From positions 17,689-81,688 of the forward strand of contig CANLLM010000001.1 of NCBI GenBank assembly GCA_947491825.1: 64,000 nt of DNA, in the 5' to 3' direction. The DNA is from Bacteroidota bacterium. Its GTDB lineage: Bacteria; Bacteroidota; Bacteroidia; UKL13-3. The notes under the pieces were generated by a model, which had not been told where the DNA came from, did not search any database, and worked only from the letters and a program-made list of their open reading frames with translations. Each line of letters opens with the position of its first letter. Position 1 is the first letter of the stretch. The translations under genes and the position numbers were made by a program. Positions 29,647 to 39,279 of the stretch are shown here, one piece after another.

Positions 29647-30268
29647 GTAAAAAAAAATTAATAAATACAACACGAAGATGAGATTAAAATCTGAAAAACA
29701 ATAACTTTTCAAAATAAAAGCAGATTTTTTTAAATTCAAGCTAAATAGACCGTACAAAATAGATACTAAAATTTGGCTACTAGCTACTTACAAAATGCTA
29801 TTCCACTTTGAATTAGGTTATTCTCACTCCTGTTTTCTTTTGTCTCAGCTTACAATTACACCCCATTAAACTCCGTTAATTGGTAATTTCATGCAACGTA
29901 TTTAATCAAAAGAACTTGGCAATTTGGCTAAATAGCAGTTACATATAACTTAAATCTATTTGTACCATAAATTGATTGCTAGTTAAACAAATAGTTTTAG
30001 CGTGTCGCGAAAACAATGCACAATATTGACCTATTAGTTCAATCAAATCAATTAGTCGCTTTTTGAAAAGTTGTTTGGTTATTATAGTTTTGTTAGTTTT
30101 AGGCTGGTGCATTAAATACCTAAAAACAGCTTGAACGGTATATTTAAATCAATGCAAAATATGCTAATCGCAACTCCTATTTAGATGTAATTCAGTCTAT
30201 ATACATTCAAAAAAAGAAAACATATTATCATCAAGCTTATGCAAGTGTTTTTTTCTTTCCAGGAAGGA

Positions 30269-30724
30269 TTATTTTTTGAGGCTATGTTCATAAATGCTAA
30301 TCCAATCTTTAACTGGCATTTTCTTGACCAACTCAGCCAATAAATCGAATGGAATATGTTCAGGTTTTTTAAATCGAATACAGCTTTTACCCATATCCAA
30401 ATTGGTTTTGCAGTGTTTAGGATACTCATTTTTAAACCAATCTAATAAATTTTCATTGGCATATAGGCCCAAGTGGTAAAAACTTACTAATTTTTTTTGA
30501 GATGCAATGGCCATAAATGGTAGGGGTAATTGCGGATTACAATGATATCCATCAGGATAAATACGATGTGGTACAACATAACCAATCATACCATAATTCA
30601 TCTGAGCTTCGAAGCCTTTGGGCAGATTGGACAAAATAGTTTGGTGCATTGTTAACATTGGCGCTCTGCGTTCAACAGGCAACTCATTGATGTAGTTTTC
30701 TATGTTTGTAGCATTACTTTTCAT
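30269..30724 (-). CDS. DUF1801 (YdhG-like) family protein.
   Basis: 151 aa. The pattern …MIGYVVPH…FMAIASQKK…SFYHLGLY… resembles YdhG/DUF1801. Tentative. Confidence 0.5.
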   Translation of the reverse strand: MKSNATNIENYINELPVERRAPMLTMHQTILSNLPKGFEAQMNYGMIGYVVPHRIYPDGYHCNPQLPLPFMAIASQKKLVSFYHLGLYANENLLDWFKNEYPKHCKTNLDMGKSCIRFKKPEHIPFDLLAELVKKMPVKDWISIYEHSLKK

Positions 30725-31025
30725 ACTCTAAATTTTATCAAGAAGTTCATTATAATTCATTTTCAAATATTAAAATAACAAATTATTTAATCAACCTCAA
30801 AATCAGAATTGAAAACCTCATAAAATTTACATGCAAAATCAGCAATTGATTATCAACATATAAGAACTACTTTAAGAGATAAAAAGTGTATTAAAATTCT
30901 GCCGATCAAACCTTTAGTAACAATCAATTGTTATTAAATTTTACAGTACAAAACATGTTATTAAATAGGTATTGATTTAATAATTTATTTTGTAATATTG
31001 CACGTTCCGAATAACTCGTAAAACA

Positions 31026-31388
31026 ATGTCAACATCTATAGATTACTTAGCATTAGTGGTGCAATTCTTGGTAGCAGCGGGATTCGTTGTTACAACCATG
31101 GTGGCAACGCATTTAATTGGCCCTAAGCGTAAAACAAGCGATAAACTTGAAAATTTCGAGTGCGGTATAGAATCAAAAGGCAATGCGCGTATACCCTTTT
31201 CCATCAAGTACTTTTTGATTGCCATTTTATTTGTAATGTTTGATGTTGAGGTTATTTTCATGTACCCTTGGGCTGTTAACTTTCGCGAGTTAGGTCAAAT
31301 CGGATTTATGGAAATGTTGTTTTTTACAGGAACCTTATTATTAGGCTTTTTATACATTCTTAAAAAGGGTGCATTAAAATGGCACTAA
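31026..31388 (+). CDS. nuoA: NADH-quinone oxidoreductase subunit A.
   Basis: 120 aa, 3 TM helices, first gene of the nuo operon. Confidence 0.85.
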   Translation: MSTSIDYLALVVQFLVAAGFVVTTMVATHLIGPKRKTSDKLENFECGIESKGNARIPFSIKYFLIAILFVMFDVEVIFMYPWAVNFRELGQIGFMEMLFFTGTLLLGFLYILKKGALKWH

Positions 31389-31452
31389 ACTCATTTTAAA
31401 ATTAACAATAGTTTATCCCCATTAAACAACGATTGTAATTAAAATCAAAAAA

Positions 31453-31998
31453 ATGTCAACAGAATTAACCATAACAAAAGCTCCGGCAGGCCTAGAAGGT
31501 CCTGGTTTTTTTGCTACAAATATTGATAAAGTTATCGGACTAGCCCGCTCTAACTCCATTTGGCCATTACCTTTTGCAACATCATGCTGTGGTATTGAAT
31601 TTATGGCTACCATGGGAAGTAATTATGATCTAGCACGTTTTGGGTCAGAGCGAATGAGTTTTTCGCCACGCCAAGCCGATTTATTAATAGTTGCAGGTAC
31701 AATTGCAAAGAAAATGGGTCCCGTTTTACGTCAGGTATATTTACAAATGGCAGAACCACGCTGGGTAATTTCAGTTGGTGCATGCGCAAGTACTGGCGGG
31801 ATTTTTGACACCTATAGCGTACTGCAAGGAATAGATAAAGTAATCCCTGTAGACGTCTATGTACCAGGATGCCCTCCTCGCCCAGAGCAAATTATAGATG
31901 GTATCATGCAAATTCAAGAACTCGTTAGAAATGAGCCTTTACGCAGAAGAGACACTCAAGAGTATAAAGCATTAATGCAACAATACGGTATTCAATAA
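31453..31998 (+). CDS. nuoB: NADH-quinone oxidoreductase subunit B.
   Basis: N2 cluster cysteines …FATSCCGIEFMA… and …GCPPRPE…. Confidence 0.9.
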   Translation: MSTELTITKAPAGLEGPGFFATNIDKVIGLARSNSIWPLPFATSCCGIEFMATMGSNYDLARFGSERMSFSPRQADLLIVAGTIAKKMGPVLRQVYLQMAEPRWVISVGACASTGGIFDTYSVLQGIDKVIPVDVYVPGCPPRPEQIIDGIMQIQELVRNEPLRRRDTQEYKALMQQYGIQ

Positions 31999-32005
31999 CA
32001 ATAAA

Positions 32006-32512
32006 ATGTCCGAACTTACTAATGTATATATAGCCGAAAAATTAAGAAATCAATTTGGAGAAGCCATTCTATCTGCCTCAGAACCTTATGATATGCTTAC
32101 CTTAGTAGTTAATCCATCTATTGCACACAGTGTGATTAATTGGTTAAAAAACGATAATGAAATTAAAATACAATTTTTAACAGATGTGTGTGGTGCTCAG
32201 TTTCCAGAAATTGAAGGTCAAGAGTTTTGTGTGATTTATCACTTACACAGCCTAACGAATAATATTCGCATCAGGATAAAATCATTCATACCAGCTTCAA
32301 ACTCAATTATAGCAACGGTTTCTGATTTATTTGAAAGTGCCAATTGGCAAGAGCGCGAAACCTACGACTTCTATGGTATTATTTTCGAAGGCCATCCAAA
32401 TCTTACTCGTATTTTAAATGTGGATGAGATGGATTATTTCCCCTTGCGTAAAGAGTATCCACTTGAAGACGGAACCCGCACGGATAAGGAAGATAAATAT
32501 TTTGGACGTTAA
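32006..32512 (+). CDS. nuoC: NADH-quinone oxidoreductase subunit C (separate from D).
   Basis: 168 aa with the 30-kDa subunit pattern …ERETYDFYGIIFEGHPNLTRIL…. Confidence 0.85.
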   Translation: MSELTNVYIAEKLRNQFGEAILSASEPYDMLTLVVNPSIAHSVINWLKNDNEIKIQFLTDVCGAQFPEIEGQEFCVIYHLHSLTNNIRIRIKSFIPASNSIIATVSDLFESANWQERETYDFYGIIFEGHPNLTRILNVDEMDYFPLRKEYPLEDGTRTDKEDKYFGR

Positions 32513-32529
32513 TTTTAACGGATACACAC

Positions 32530-33735
32530 ATGAACGAATTTGACGATAAAAGCGTTGAGCAAATTGAAGAGCAAGAATATACCACTTTAAACTTGGGGCC
32601 TACTCACCCTGCAACACACGGTATTTTTCAAAATGTGCTAACCATGGATGGAGAAATTATTGTAGATGCAGTGCAAACAATTGGCTACATTCATCGTGCA
32701 TTCGAAAAAATTGCTGAGCATAGGCCATATAACCAAATCACTACTTTAACCGATCGTTTAAATTATTGCTCGTCTCCTATTAATAATATGGGGTGGCACA
32801 TGACGGTTGAAAAATTAATTGGGGTTGAAATACCAAAACGTGCTCAATACATGCGCGTTATTATCATGGAATTGGCGCGTATTTCAGACCATTTAGTTTG
32901 TAATGCTGTAGTTGGCGTTGACTCTGGGGCACTTACCGGATTTACATATCTATTCCAATGGCGTGAAAAAATTTATGACATATTTGAACAAATATGTGGC
33001 GCACGATTAACTACAAATATTGGTCGTATCGGTGGCTTAGAGCGTGATTTTAGCGATGAGGTTTATAAAAAAATAAAGGAATTTCTGCATGACTTTCCAA
33101 AAGGTTTTACGGAGTTTTCAAACCTATTGGAGCGTAACCGTATTTTTGTAGATCGTGTTGCTAACACAGGTGCAATATCTGCAGAAAGGGCTTTGAGTTT
33201 TGGTTTTACCGGACCAAATCTTCGTGCAGCAGGTGTTGATTATGATGTAAGGGTAATGACACCTTACAGTTCATACCAAGATTTCGAATTTGCTATCCCT
33301 ATTGGAGAAAAAGGTGATACCTATGATCGATTCATTGTTCGCCAAAACGAAATTTGGGAAAGTTTAAAAATTATTCGTCAGGCATTGGACAATATGCCTC
33401 AAGGTAAGTGGTATGCTGATGTTCCTGAGTTTTACTTACCTCCAAAGGAAGATGTTTACACAAAAATGGAAGCCTTAATCTACCACTTTAAAGTAGTTAT
33501 GGGTGAAACAGATGTCCCTAAAGGTGAAATCTATCATAGCGTAGAAGGAGGTAATGGTGAATTAGGCTTCTATCTTATAAGTGATGGTGGCAGAGCACCT
33601 TTCCGCCTACATTTCCGTAGACCATCATTTATATATTACCAAGCATATCCTGAAATGATTAAGGGAAGCATGTTAAGCGATGCCATTTTAACGATGAGTA
33701 GTTTAAATGTTATTGCTGGTGAATTAGACGCCTAA
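32530..33735 (+). CDS. nuoD: NADH-quinone oxidoreductase subunit D.
   Basis: 49-kDa subunit motifs …NLGPTHPATHG… and …RISDHL…. Confidence 0.9.
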   Translation: MNEFDDKSVEQIEEQEYTTLNLGPTHPATHGIFQNVLTMDGEIIVDAVQTIGYIHRAFEKIAEHRPYNQITTLTDRLNYCSSPINNMGWHMTVEKLIGVEIPKRAQYMRVIIMELARISDHLVCNAVVGVDSGALTGFTYLFQWREKIYDIFEQICGARLTTNIGRIGGLERDFSDEVYKKIKEFLHDFPKGFTEFSNLLERNRIFVDRVANTGAISAERALSFGFTGPNLRAAGVDYDVRVMTPYSSYQDFEFAIPIGEKGDTYDRFIVRQNEIWESLKIIRQALDNMPQGKWYADVPEFYLPPKEDVYTKMEALIYHFKVVMGETDVPKGEIYHSVEGGNGELGFYLISDGGRAPFRLHFRRPSFIYYQAYPEMIKGSMLSDAILTMSSLNVIAGELDA

Positions 33736-33805
33736 AAAATATAGATAATTTGAGATGTAAGATTTGAGGCAAAGTATTTAGCCCGCAGATATAGAACCAA
33801 ATACA

Positions 33806-34351
33806 ATGAGTGAATTAAAAGAAGTTCGTTTCAGTGCAGAGTCAAAGGATTTAATCCAAAATCTGATTAAGCGCTATCCGGAAGGAAAACAAAAATCAGT
33901 ACTTATTCCGGCATTGCACATTGCTCAAGCCGAATACGATGGCTGGTTAAGTGTACCTGTAATGGATAAGATAGCCGAAATACTAAACATCAAACCAATT
34001 GAGGTATATGAAGTGGCAAGTTTCTACTCTATGTTTAACCTTAATCCCGTTGGAAAATGTTTAATTGAAGTTTGTAGAACTAGTAGTTGCTGGTTACGTG
34101 GTGCAAACGATGTTGTTGCACATATTGAAAAACGACTTGGTATTAAGGATGGAGAGACAACACCTGATGGTAAATTCACAATAAAAACAGTAGAATGCTT
34201 AGGTAGTTGTGGTACTGCACCAATGTTACAAATTGGAGAACAATTCTTCGAAAACCTTACCCTAGAAAAAGTTGATGAATTAATTAACAAGTACAAAACT
34301 GAAAGCAAATACAGTAGTTACTTAGATGGTACAACCTTTAGAAAAAACTAA
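33806..34351 (+). CDS. nuoE: NADH-quinone oxidoreductase subunit E (2Fe-2S).
   Basis: Cysteine ligands C…SC…C..GSCG…P (…VCRTSSCWLRGA… …VECLGSCGTAP…). Confidence 0.9.
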   Translation: MSELKEVRFSAESKDLIQNLIKRYPEGKQKSVLIPALHIAQAEYDGWLSVPVMDKIAEILNIKPIEVYEVASFYSMFNLNPVGKCLIEVCRTSSCWLRGANDVVAHIEKRLGIKDGETTPDGKFTIKTVECLGSCGTAPMLQIGEQFFENLTLEKVDELINKYKTESKYSSYLDGTTFRKN

Positions 34352-34356
34352 GTAAA

Positions 34357-35718
34357 ATGGGACGCAAAATATTACTTGAACATATAGATGTACCAGGCAT
34401 CAATACCTATGAGGTATACCGCAGTAAAGGTGGTTATGCTTCTGTAGAGAAAGCCCTGAAAACCATGAGTCCTCAAGAAGTTGTGGAGGAGGTGAAAAAA
34501 TCAGGATTACGCGGGCGCGGTGGTGCAGGTTTTCCAACAGGAATGAAATGGAGTTTCTTGGCTAAACCTGAAGGAGTGCCTAGTTACTTGGTTTGTAATG
34601 CGGATGAAAGTGAACCGGGTACTTTCAAAGACCGCTACTTAATGGAACACCTTCCCCATTTATTGGTGGAGGGAATGATTACATCTAGTTACGCTTTAGG
34701 GGCAAATACCTCGTATATTTATATACGGGGAGAGTATTTTTATTTAGTGCGTATTCTTGAAAAAGCCATTGCAGAAGCTTATGCAAACGGTTGGTTAGGT
34801 AAAAATATTTTAGGCACCAATTACAGTTTAGATCTATACGTTCATCCTGGTGCTGGTGCATACATATGTGGTGAAGAAACAGCATTACTCGAGTCGTTAG
34901 AAGGTAAACGCGGCAATCCTAGAATTAAACCTCCGTTTCCAGCTATCGCTGGTTTGTATGGTTGCCCAACAGTTGTTAATAATGTAGAAACCATTGCTGC
35001 TGTCGTTCCAATTATAAACATGACTGGTGATGAATATGCTAAAATTGGTATTGGACGTAGTGCAGGAACCAAATTGATTTCTGCATCAGGTCACATAAAA
35101 AAACCAGGTGTATACGAAATTGAAATGGGTATTACCGTGGAAGATTTCATATATAGCGATGAATATTGTGGTGGTATTTTGAATGATAAAAAATTAAAAG
35201 CAGTAGTAGCAGGTGGTTCATCTGTACCTATACTACCTGCCGATTTAATTTTAACTACTGCTAATGGAGAAAAACGCTTAATGAGTTATGAAAGCCTTGC
35301 TGATGGTGGTTTTGCAACGGGTACTATGTTAGGATCAGGTGGTTTTATTGTAATGGATGAAAGCACCAGTATCGTTCAAAACCTGCACACCTTTGCTCGT
35401 TTTTATCACCATGAAAGTTGCGGCCAATGTAGCCCTTGCCGCGAAGGAACAGGCTGGATGGAAAAAATCATTCATAAAATCTTAAAAGGACATGGCACAT
35501 TGGAAGACATTGATTTGTTGTGGGATATACAACGTAAAATTGAAGGTAATACCATTTGCCCACTAGGTGATGCAGCTGCATGGCCAGTAGCAAGTGCTAT
35601 TCGTCACTTCCGTCAAGAGTTTGAAGACTTTGTTAAAAACCCTTCGGCACAACGTGAAGTGAAATATTATTTCCATTGTAATAACATTGATACAGCTGCT
35701 GCATACAGTAGTTTATAA
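34357..35718 (+). CDS. nuoF: NADH-quinone oxidoreductase subunit F (FMN/NADH-binding, 4Fe-4S).
   Basis: GRGGAGFPTGMKW…, …CGQCSPCREG…. Confidence 0.9.
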   Translation: MGRKILLEHIDVPGINTYEVYRSKGGYASVEKALKTMSPQEVVEEVKKSGLRGRGGAGFPTGMKWSFLAKPEGVPSYLVCNADESEPGTFKDRYLMEHLPHLLVEGMITSSYALGANTSYIYIRGEYFYLVRILEKAIAEAYANGWLGKNILGTNYSLDLYVHPGAGAYICGEETALLESLEGKRGNPRIKPPFPAIAGLYGCPTVVNNVETIAAVVPIINMTGDEYAKIGIGRSAGTKLISASGHIKKPGVYEIEMGITVEDFIYSDEYCGGILNDKKLKAVVAGGSSVPILPADLILTTANGEKRLMSYESLADGGFATGTMLGSGGFIVMDESTSIVQNLHTFARFYHHESCGQCSPCREGTGWMEKIIHKILKGHGTLEDIDLLWDIQRKIEGNTICPLGDAAAWPVASAIRHFRQEFEDFVKNPSAQREVKYYFHCNNIDTAAAYSSL

Positions 35719-35781
35719 TTAACAAGAAAGACTGATCCAACCTAGTTTGTATCAGTGGCAAGTATAGAAGAAAAATAAATT

Positions 35782-36753
35782 ATGGCTAAAATAACCATAG
35801 ACGGAATACAAATTGAAGTGCCTGATGGCACAACCATTTTGAATGCAGCGCGTATGATTGGCCCTGATGTGGCACCTCCTACCATGTGCTATTACAGCAA
35901 ACTCAAAACCAGTGGTGGATACTGCCGCACTTGTTTGGTTGAAGTAACAGCAGGTAGCGAAAAAGATCCACGCCCAATGCCTAAATTAGTAGCAAGCTGC
36001 CGTACCACTGTTATGGATGGTATGATTGTGGCTAACAATACTTCTGCTAAAGTTAAAGATGCCCGTGCAGGTGTGGTTGAGTTTTTATTATTAAATCACC
36101 CCTTGGATTGCCCTGTTTGCGATCAGGCAGGTGAGTGCCATCTGCAAGACTTAAGCTACGACCACGGCAATTATAAAACACGCACCGACTTTGAACGCAG
36201 AACGTTTGAAAAAATTGATATTGGCGAAAAAATTCAATTACACATGACGCGTTGCATTCTTTGCTATCGCTGCGTTAAAACAGCTGAGCAAATTACAGAT
36301 GGTCGCGTGCATGGGGTATTAAATCGTGGTGATCACGCTGAAATATCAACTTATATTGAGGAGGCAATCGACAATGACTTTTCTGGCAATGTGATTGATG
36401 TTTGCCCCGTAGGAGCTTTAACAGACAAAACTTTCCGATTTAAAAGCCGTGTTTGGTTTACCAAACCTGTTGATGCAAACCGTAACTGCGAAAACGAGAG
36501 ATGTAGTGGTAAAGTGGTGTTATGGTATCAAGGTGAGGAAGTATTGCGCGTAACAGGCCGTAAAGATCAATGGGGTGAAGTGGAAGAATTTATTTGTAAC
36601 ACATGCCGCTTTGATAAAAAACAAACAAGCGATTGGACAATTGAAGGCCCAAGAAAAATTAACCGCCATTCGGTTATATCTGCAAATCATTACATGAATT
36701 TGGTTAAACCCAAAGAACTTAAGTTAAACGACATAAAACAAATTACCGAATAA
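35782..36753 (+). CDS. nuoG: NADH-quinone oxidoreductase subunit G, short form: the N-terminal Fe-S domain only, with no molybdopterin-like C-terminal domain.
   Basis: 2Fe-2S and 4Fe-4S Cys clusters (CYYSKLKTSGGYCRTCLVE…, …CPVCDQAGECHLQD…, …CILCYRCV…). Only 323 aa. Confidence 0.8.
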   Translation: MAKITIDGIQIEVPDGTTILNAARMIGPDVAPPTMCYYSKLKTSGGYCRTCLVEVTAGSEKDPRPMPKLVASCRTTVMDGMIVANNTSAKVKDARAGVVEFLLLNHPLDCPVCDQAGECHLQDLSYDHGNYKTRTDFERRTFEKIDIGEKIQLHMTRCILCYRCVKTAEQITDGRVHGVLNRGDHAEISTYIEEAIDNDFSGNVIDVCPVGALTDKTFRFKSRVWFTKPVDANRNCENERCSGKVVLWYQGEEVLRVTGRKDQWGEVEEFICNTCRFDKKQTSDWTIEGPRKINRHSVISANHYMNLVKPKELKLNDIKQITE

Positions 36754-37784
36754 TGGATTGGGCATTACTGTTAGATAAAACAATTCTCATCGTCATTATT
36801 TTTGCGGTGAGTTTAGGCATTGCAGCCTACTCAACATATGGTGAACGTAAAATTGCTGCTTTCCTTCAAGACCGTATTGGTCCGGACAGAGCAGGACCAT
36901 TTGGTTTGCTACAACCCATTGCTGATGGCATTAAAATGTTTACCAAAGAAGAAATTATCCCTACCGCTTCAGATAAGTTTTTATTTATTATTGGTCCATG
37001 CATTTTTATGATGACGGCCTTGATGTCAAGCGCCATTATTCCATGGGGTAAGTCTTTTAATTTTGGTGGTCATGAATTTAGCTTACAAGTTGCCGACTTA
37101 AACGTTGGTTTATTATACTTATTTGCTGTTGTATCAATAGGTGGATACGGCATTATGATAGGCGGATGGGCATCAAACAACAAATTTGCCTTATTGGGTG
37201 CATTACGTGCCGCTTCACAAATGATTAGCTACGAACTTGCTATGGGTATGAGCATTGTGGCTTTATTACTAATCAATAATTCATTAAGCCTCCGCGAAAT
37301 CGTAGATGGACAAGCTGGAGATGGGAATGTATGGAATGTGGTGCGCCAACCCATTGGCTTTTTAATCTTTTTAATTTGTGCCTTTGCCGAGTGTAACCGT
37401 GCTCCATTCGACTTACCTGAATCGGAAAGTGAATTGATCGGTGGTTATCACACAGAATTTAGCTCAATGAAATTAGGCTTATTCTTATTTGCAGAGTATG
37501 TAAATATGTTTATCTCGTCAGCAATTATTGCCAGTTTGTATTTTGGTGGTTATCATTTTCCAGGCATTGATAGTTTAGATTTACCTCAAAATATTGCTGC
37601 CATTGTAAGCATAGCTGTATTGTTTGCTAAAATATTGTTCTTCATTTTCTTTTTCATGTGGGTACGTTGGACATTACCTCGTTTCCGCTACGATCAATTA
37701 ATGAACTTGGGATGGAAAATTTTAATTCCGTTATCAATTGTAAACGTATTAGTAACCGGTGCATGGATTACTTTCTTCAAATAA
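36753..37784 (+). CDS. nuoH: NADH-quinone oxidoreductase subunit H.
   Basis: 8 TM helices and the conserved …GLLQPIADGIKMFTKEE… pattern. Confidence 0.9.
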   Translation: MDWALLLDKTILIVIIFAVSLGIAAYSTYGERKIAAFLQDRIGPDRAGPFGLLQPIADGIKMFTKEEIIPTASDKFLFIIGPCIFMMTALMSSAIIPWGKSFNFGGHEFSLQVADLNVGLLYLFAVVSIGGYGIMIGGWASNNKFALLGALRAASQMISYELAMGMSIVALLLINNSLSLREIVDGQAGDGNVWNVVRQPIGFLIFLICAFAECNRAPFDLPESESELIGGYHTEFSSMKLGLFLFAEYVNMFISSAIIASLYFGGYHFPGIDSLDLPQNIAAIVSIAVLFAKILFFIFFFMWVRWTLPRFRYDQLMNLGWKILIPLSIVNVLVTGAWITFFK

Positions 37785-37818
37785 TCAAATTACACCAAAC
37801 ACGAAAACAGAATTAGAC

Positions 37819-38388
37819 ATGCAATTAACGAATAGATCAAAAGTAGTTGTAAAGCACGACCTAAATTGGTTAGAGAAGCTTTATTTACCAGCTATTTTCA
37901 GTGGATTAGCCATAACAATTAAACACTTATTTAAAAAATCGGCTACGGTTAGGTACCCTGAAGAAAAGCGAGAAATCGCATCAGTTTACCGCGGGCAACA
38001 TGTTTTAAAACGGGATGATAAAGGCCGTGAGAATTGCACTGCTTGTGGCTTGTGCGCTGTAGCATGCCCAGCTGAAGCGATAAGTATTGAAGCGGCTGAA
38101 CGTAAAAAAGGTGAGGAAAATTTATATCGTGAAGAGAAATACGCTGCTAAGTATGAGATAAATATGCTACGCTGTATTTACTGTGGTTTGTGCGAAGATG
38201 CTTGTCCTAAAGATGCCATTTACCTTAGTGATAGAATTGTACCCACCGCATTTAGCCGTGGTAACTTTATTTATGGTAAAGATATATTGGTTGAAGGAAT
38301 TGATGCATCAGGACGCGTAGATGTGAGCAAGCGGAAAAAGAATTACGAAATGGAAGGTTCTCCAAAACAGCCTTTATTAAATAAATAA
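37819..38388 (+). CDS. nuoI: NADH-quinone oxidoreductase subunit I (2x4Fe-4S ferredoxin).
   Basis: Two CxxCxxCxxxCP motifs (CTACGLCAVACP, CIYCGLCEDACP). The start is at the internal ATG, because the track start overlaps nuoH. Confidence 0.85.
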   Translation: MQLTNRSKVVVKHDLNWLEKLYLPAIFSGLAITIKHLFKKSATVRYPEEKREIASVYRGQHVLKRDDKGRENCTACGLCAVACPAEAISIEAAERKKGEENLYREEKYAAKYEINMLRCIYCGLCEDACPKDAIYLSDRIVPTAFSRGNFIYGKDILVEGIDASGRVDVSKRKKNYEMEGSPKQPLLNK

Positions 38389-38411
38389 TCATCACGAGTT
38401 AACAACAAATC

Positions 38412-38909
38412 ATGAGCTTATACTTATTCCTAACTTTAGCTATTTTAACAATTATTAGTGCATTAGCTGTTGTGTTTTCTAAAAACCCAATGTACAGTGT
38501 ATTGTGGCTAATTGTTTGCTTTTTTACAATAGCAGGTCACTATGTATTGTTAAATGCCCAATTCCTAGCAATTGTACATTTAATAGTATACGCAGGTGCC
38601 ATCATGGTGCTATTCCTGTTTGTGGTGATGTTATTAAATTTAAATGCCGATACCGAACCGCATAAATCAAACCTTACAAAATTAGCCTCTGCTATAGCAG
38701 CTGGTTTGTTTTTTGTGGTGTTGATTGCATCAATGCGTGCCACCGAATTAGGTGAATTTAACCTACCAAATAAAACTAATATTGGTTTTGTTGAGGAAGT
38801 TGGTAAAAAACTATTTACAGATTTCTTATTGCCATTCGAAATATCATCAGTGTTATTTTTATCTGCAATGATTGGTAGCGTGTTATTGGCGAAAAAAGAG
38901 AAAAAATAA
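38412..38909 (+). CDS. nuoJ: NADH-quinone oxidoreductase subunit J.
   Basis: 165 aa, 5 TM helices, correct operon position. Confidence 0.8.
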   Translation: MSLYLFLTLAILTIISALAVVFSKNPMYSVLWLIVCFFTIAGHYVLLNAQFLAIVHLIVYAGAIMVLFLFVVMLLNLNADTEPHKSNLTKLASAIAAGLFFVVLIASMRATELGEFNLPNKTNIGFVEEVGKKLFTDFLLPFEISSVLFLSAMIGSVLLAKKEKK

Positions 38910-38930
38910 CCAATTAAAGGGATTAAGAAT

Positions 38931-39251
38931 ATGGAAAATACATTACAAGCAGTGCCACAAAATTGGTATTTAATATTAAGCACTTTATTATTTTGTATAG
39001 GTATAATGGGCGTACTTTTTCGCAGAAATGCCATCATTATTTTAATGTGTATAGAGTTGATGTTAAACTCGGTTAACTTATTATTGGTGTCATTCTCGGC
39101 ATACAGTGGTAATAGTGATGGACAAGTATTCGTGTTTTTTATCATGGTGGTTGCTGCAGCGGAAGTTGCTGTTGGCCTAGCCCTATTGATGAGTATATAC
39201 AGAAATGTTGCCAGCACAGACATTAATGTGCTTAATAAATTAAAGTGGTAA
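38931..39251 (+). CDS. nuoK: NADH-quinone oxidoreductase subunit K.
   Basis: 106 aa, 3 TM helices, conserved Glu residues in TM2/3 (…[12 protein letters not shown]…[10 protein letters not shown]…). Confidence 0.85.
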   Translation: MENTLQAVPQNWYLILSTLLFCIGIMGVLFRRNAIIILMCIELMLNSVNLLLVSFSAYSGNSDGQVFVFFIMVVAAAEVAVGLALLMSIYRNVASTDINVLNKLKW

Positions 39252-39279
39252 CATTAAAAATTAGAAAAGTAACGCACAC

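Noticed and set aside
28231-30940. Recurring CAAAATCA(R)(C)AATTG-like 13-15-mers (28231, 30045, 30795, 30836, 30923), first considered as att-like direct repeats flanking an inserted methyltransferase/RRM segment next to tRNA-His.
   Set aside because: The longest exact match is 13 nt. Several such matches are expected by chance in 64 kb of about 35% GC DNA. The repeats do not include the tRNA 3' end, and there is no integrase. I found no evidence for an island. At most this is a weak AT-rich motif.
35782-36753. NuoG of only 323 aa, lacking the molybdopterin-like C-terminal domain.
   Set aside because: The short Fe-S-only NuoG is, to my knowledge, the normal form in many Bacteroidota nuo operons. 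It is not a truncation or a pseudogene, since the ORF ends cleanly and nuoH follows immediately.
38540-39223. 227-aa minus-strand ORF overlapping nuoJ/nuoK.
   Set aside because: It lies antisense to two well-supported, conserved nuo genes. Its composition is low-complexity (N/I/K-rich) and the region is AT-rich, which makes long spurious ORFs common.
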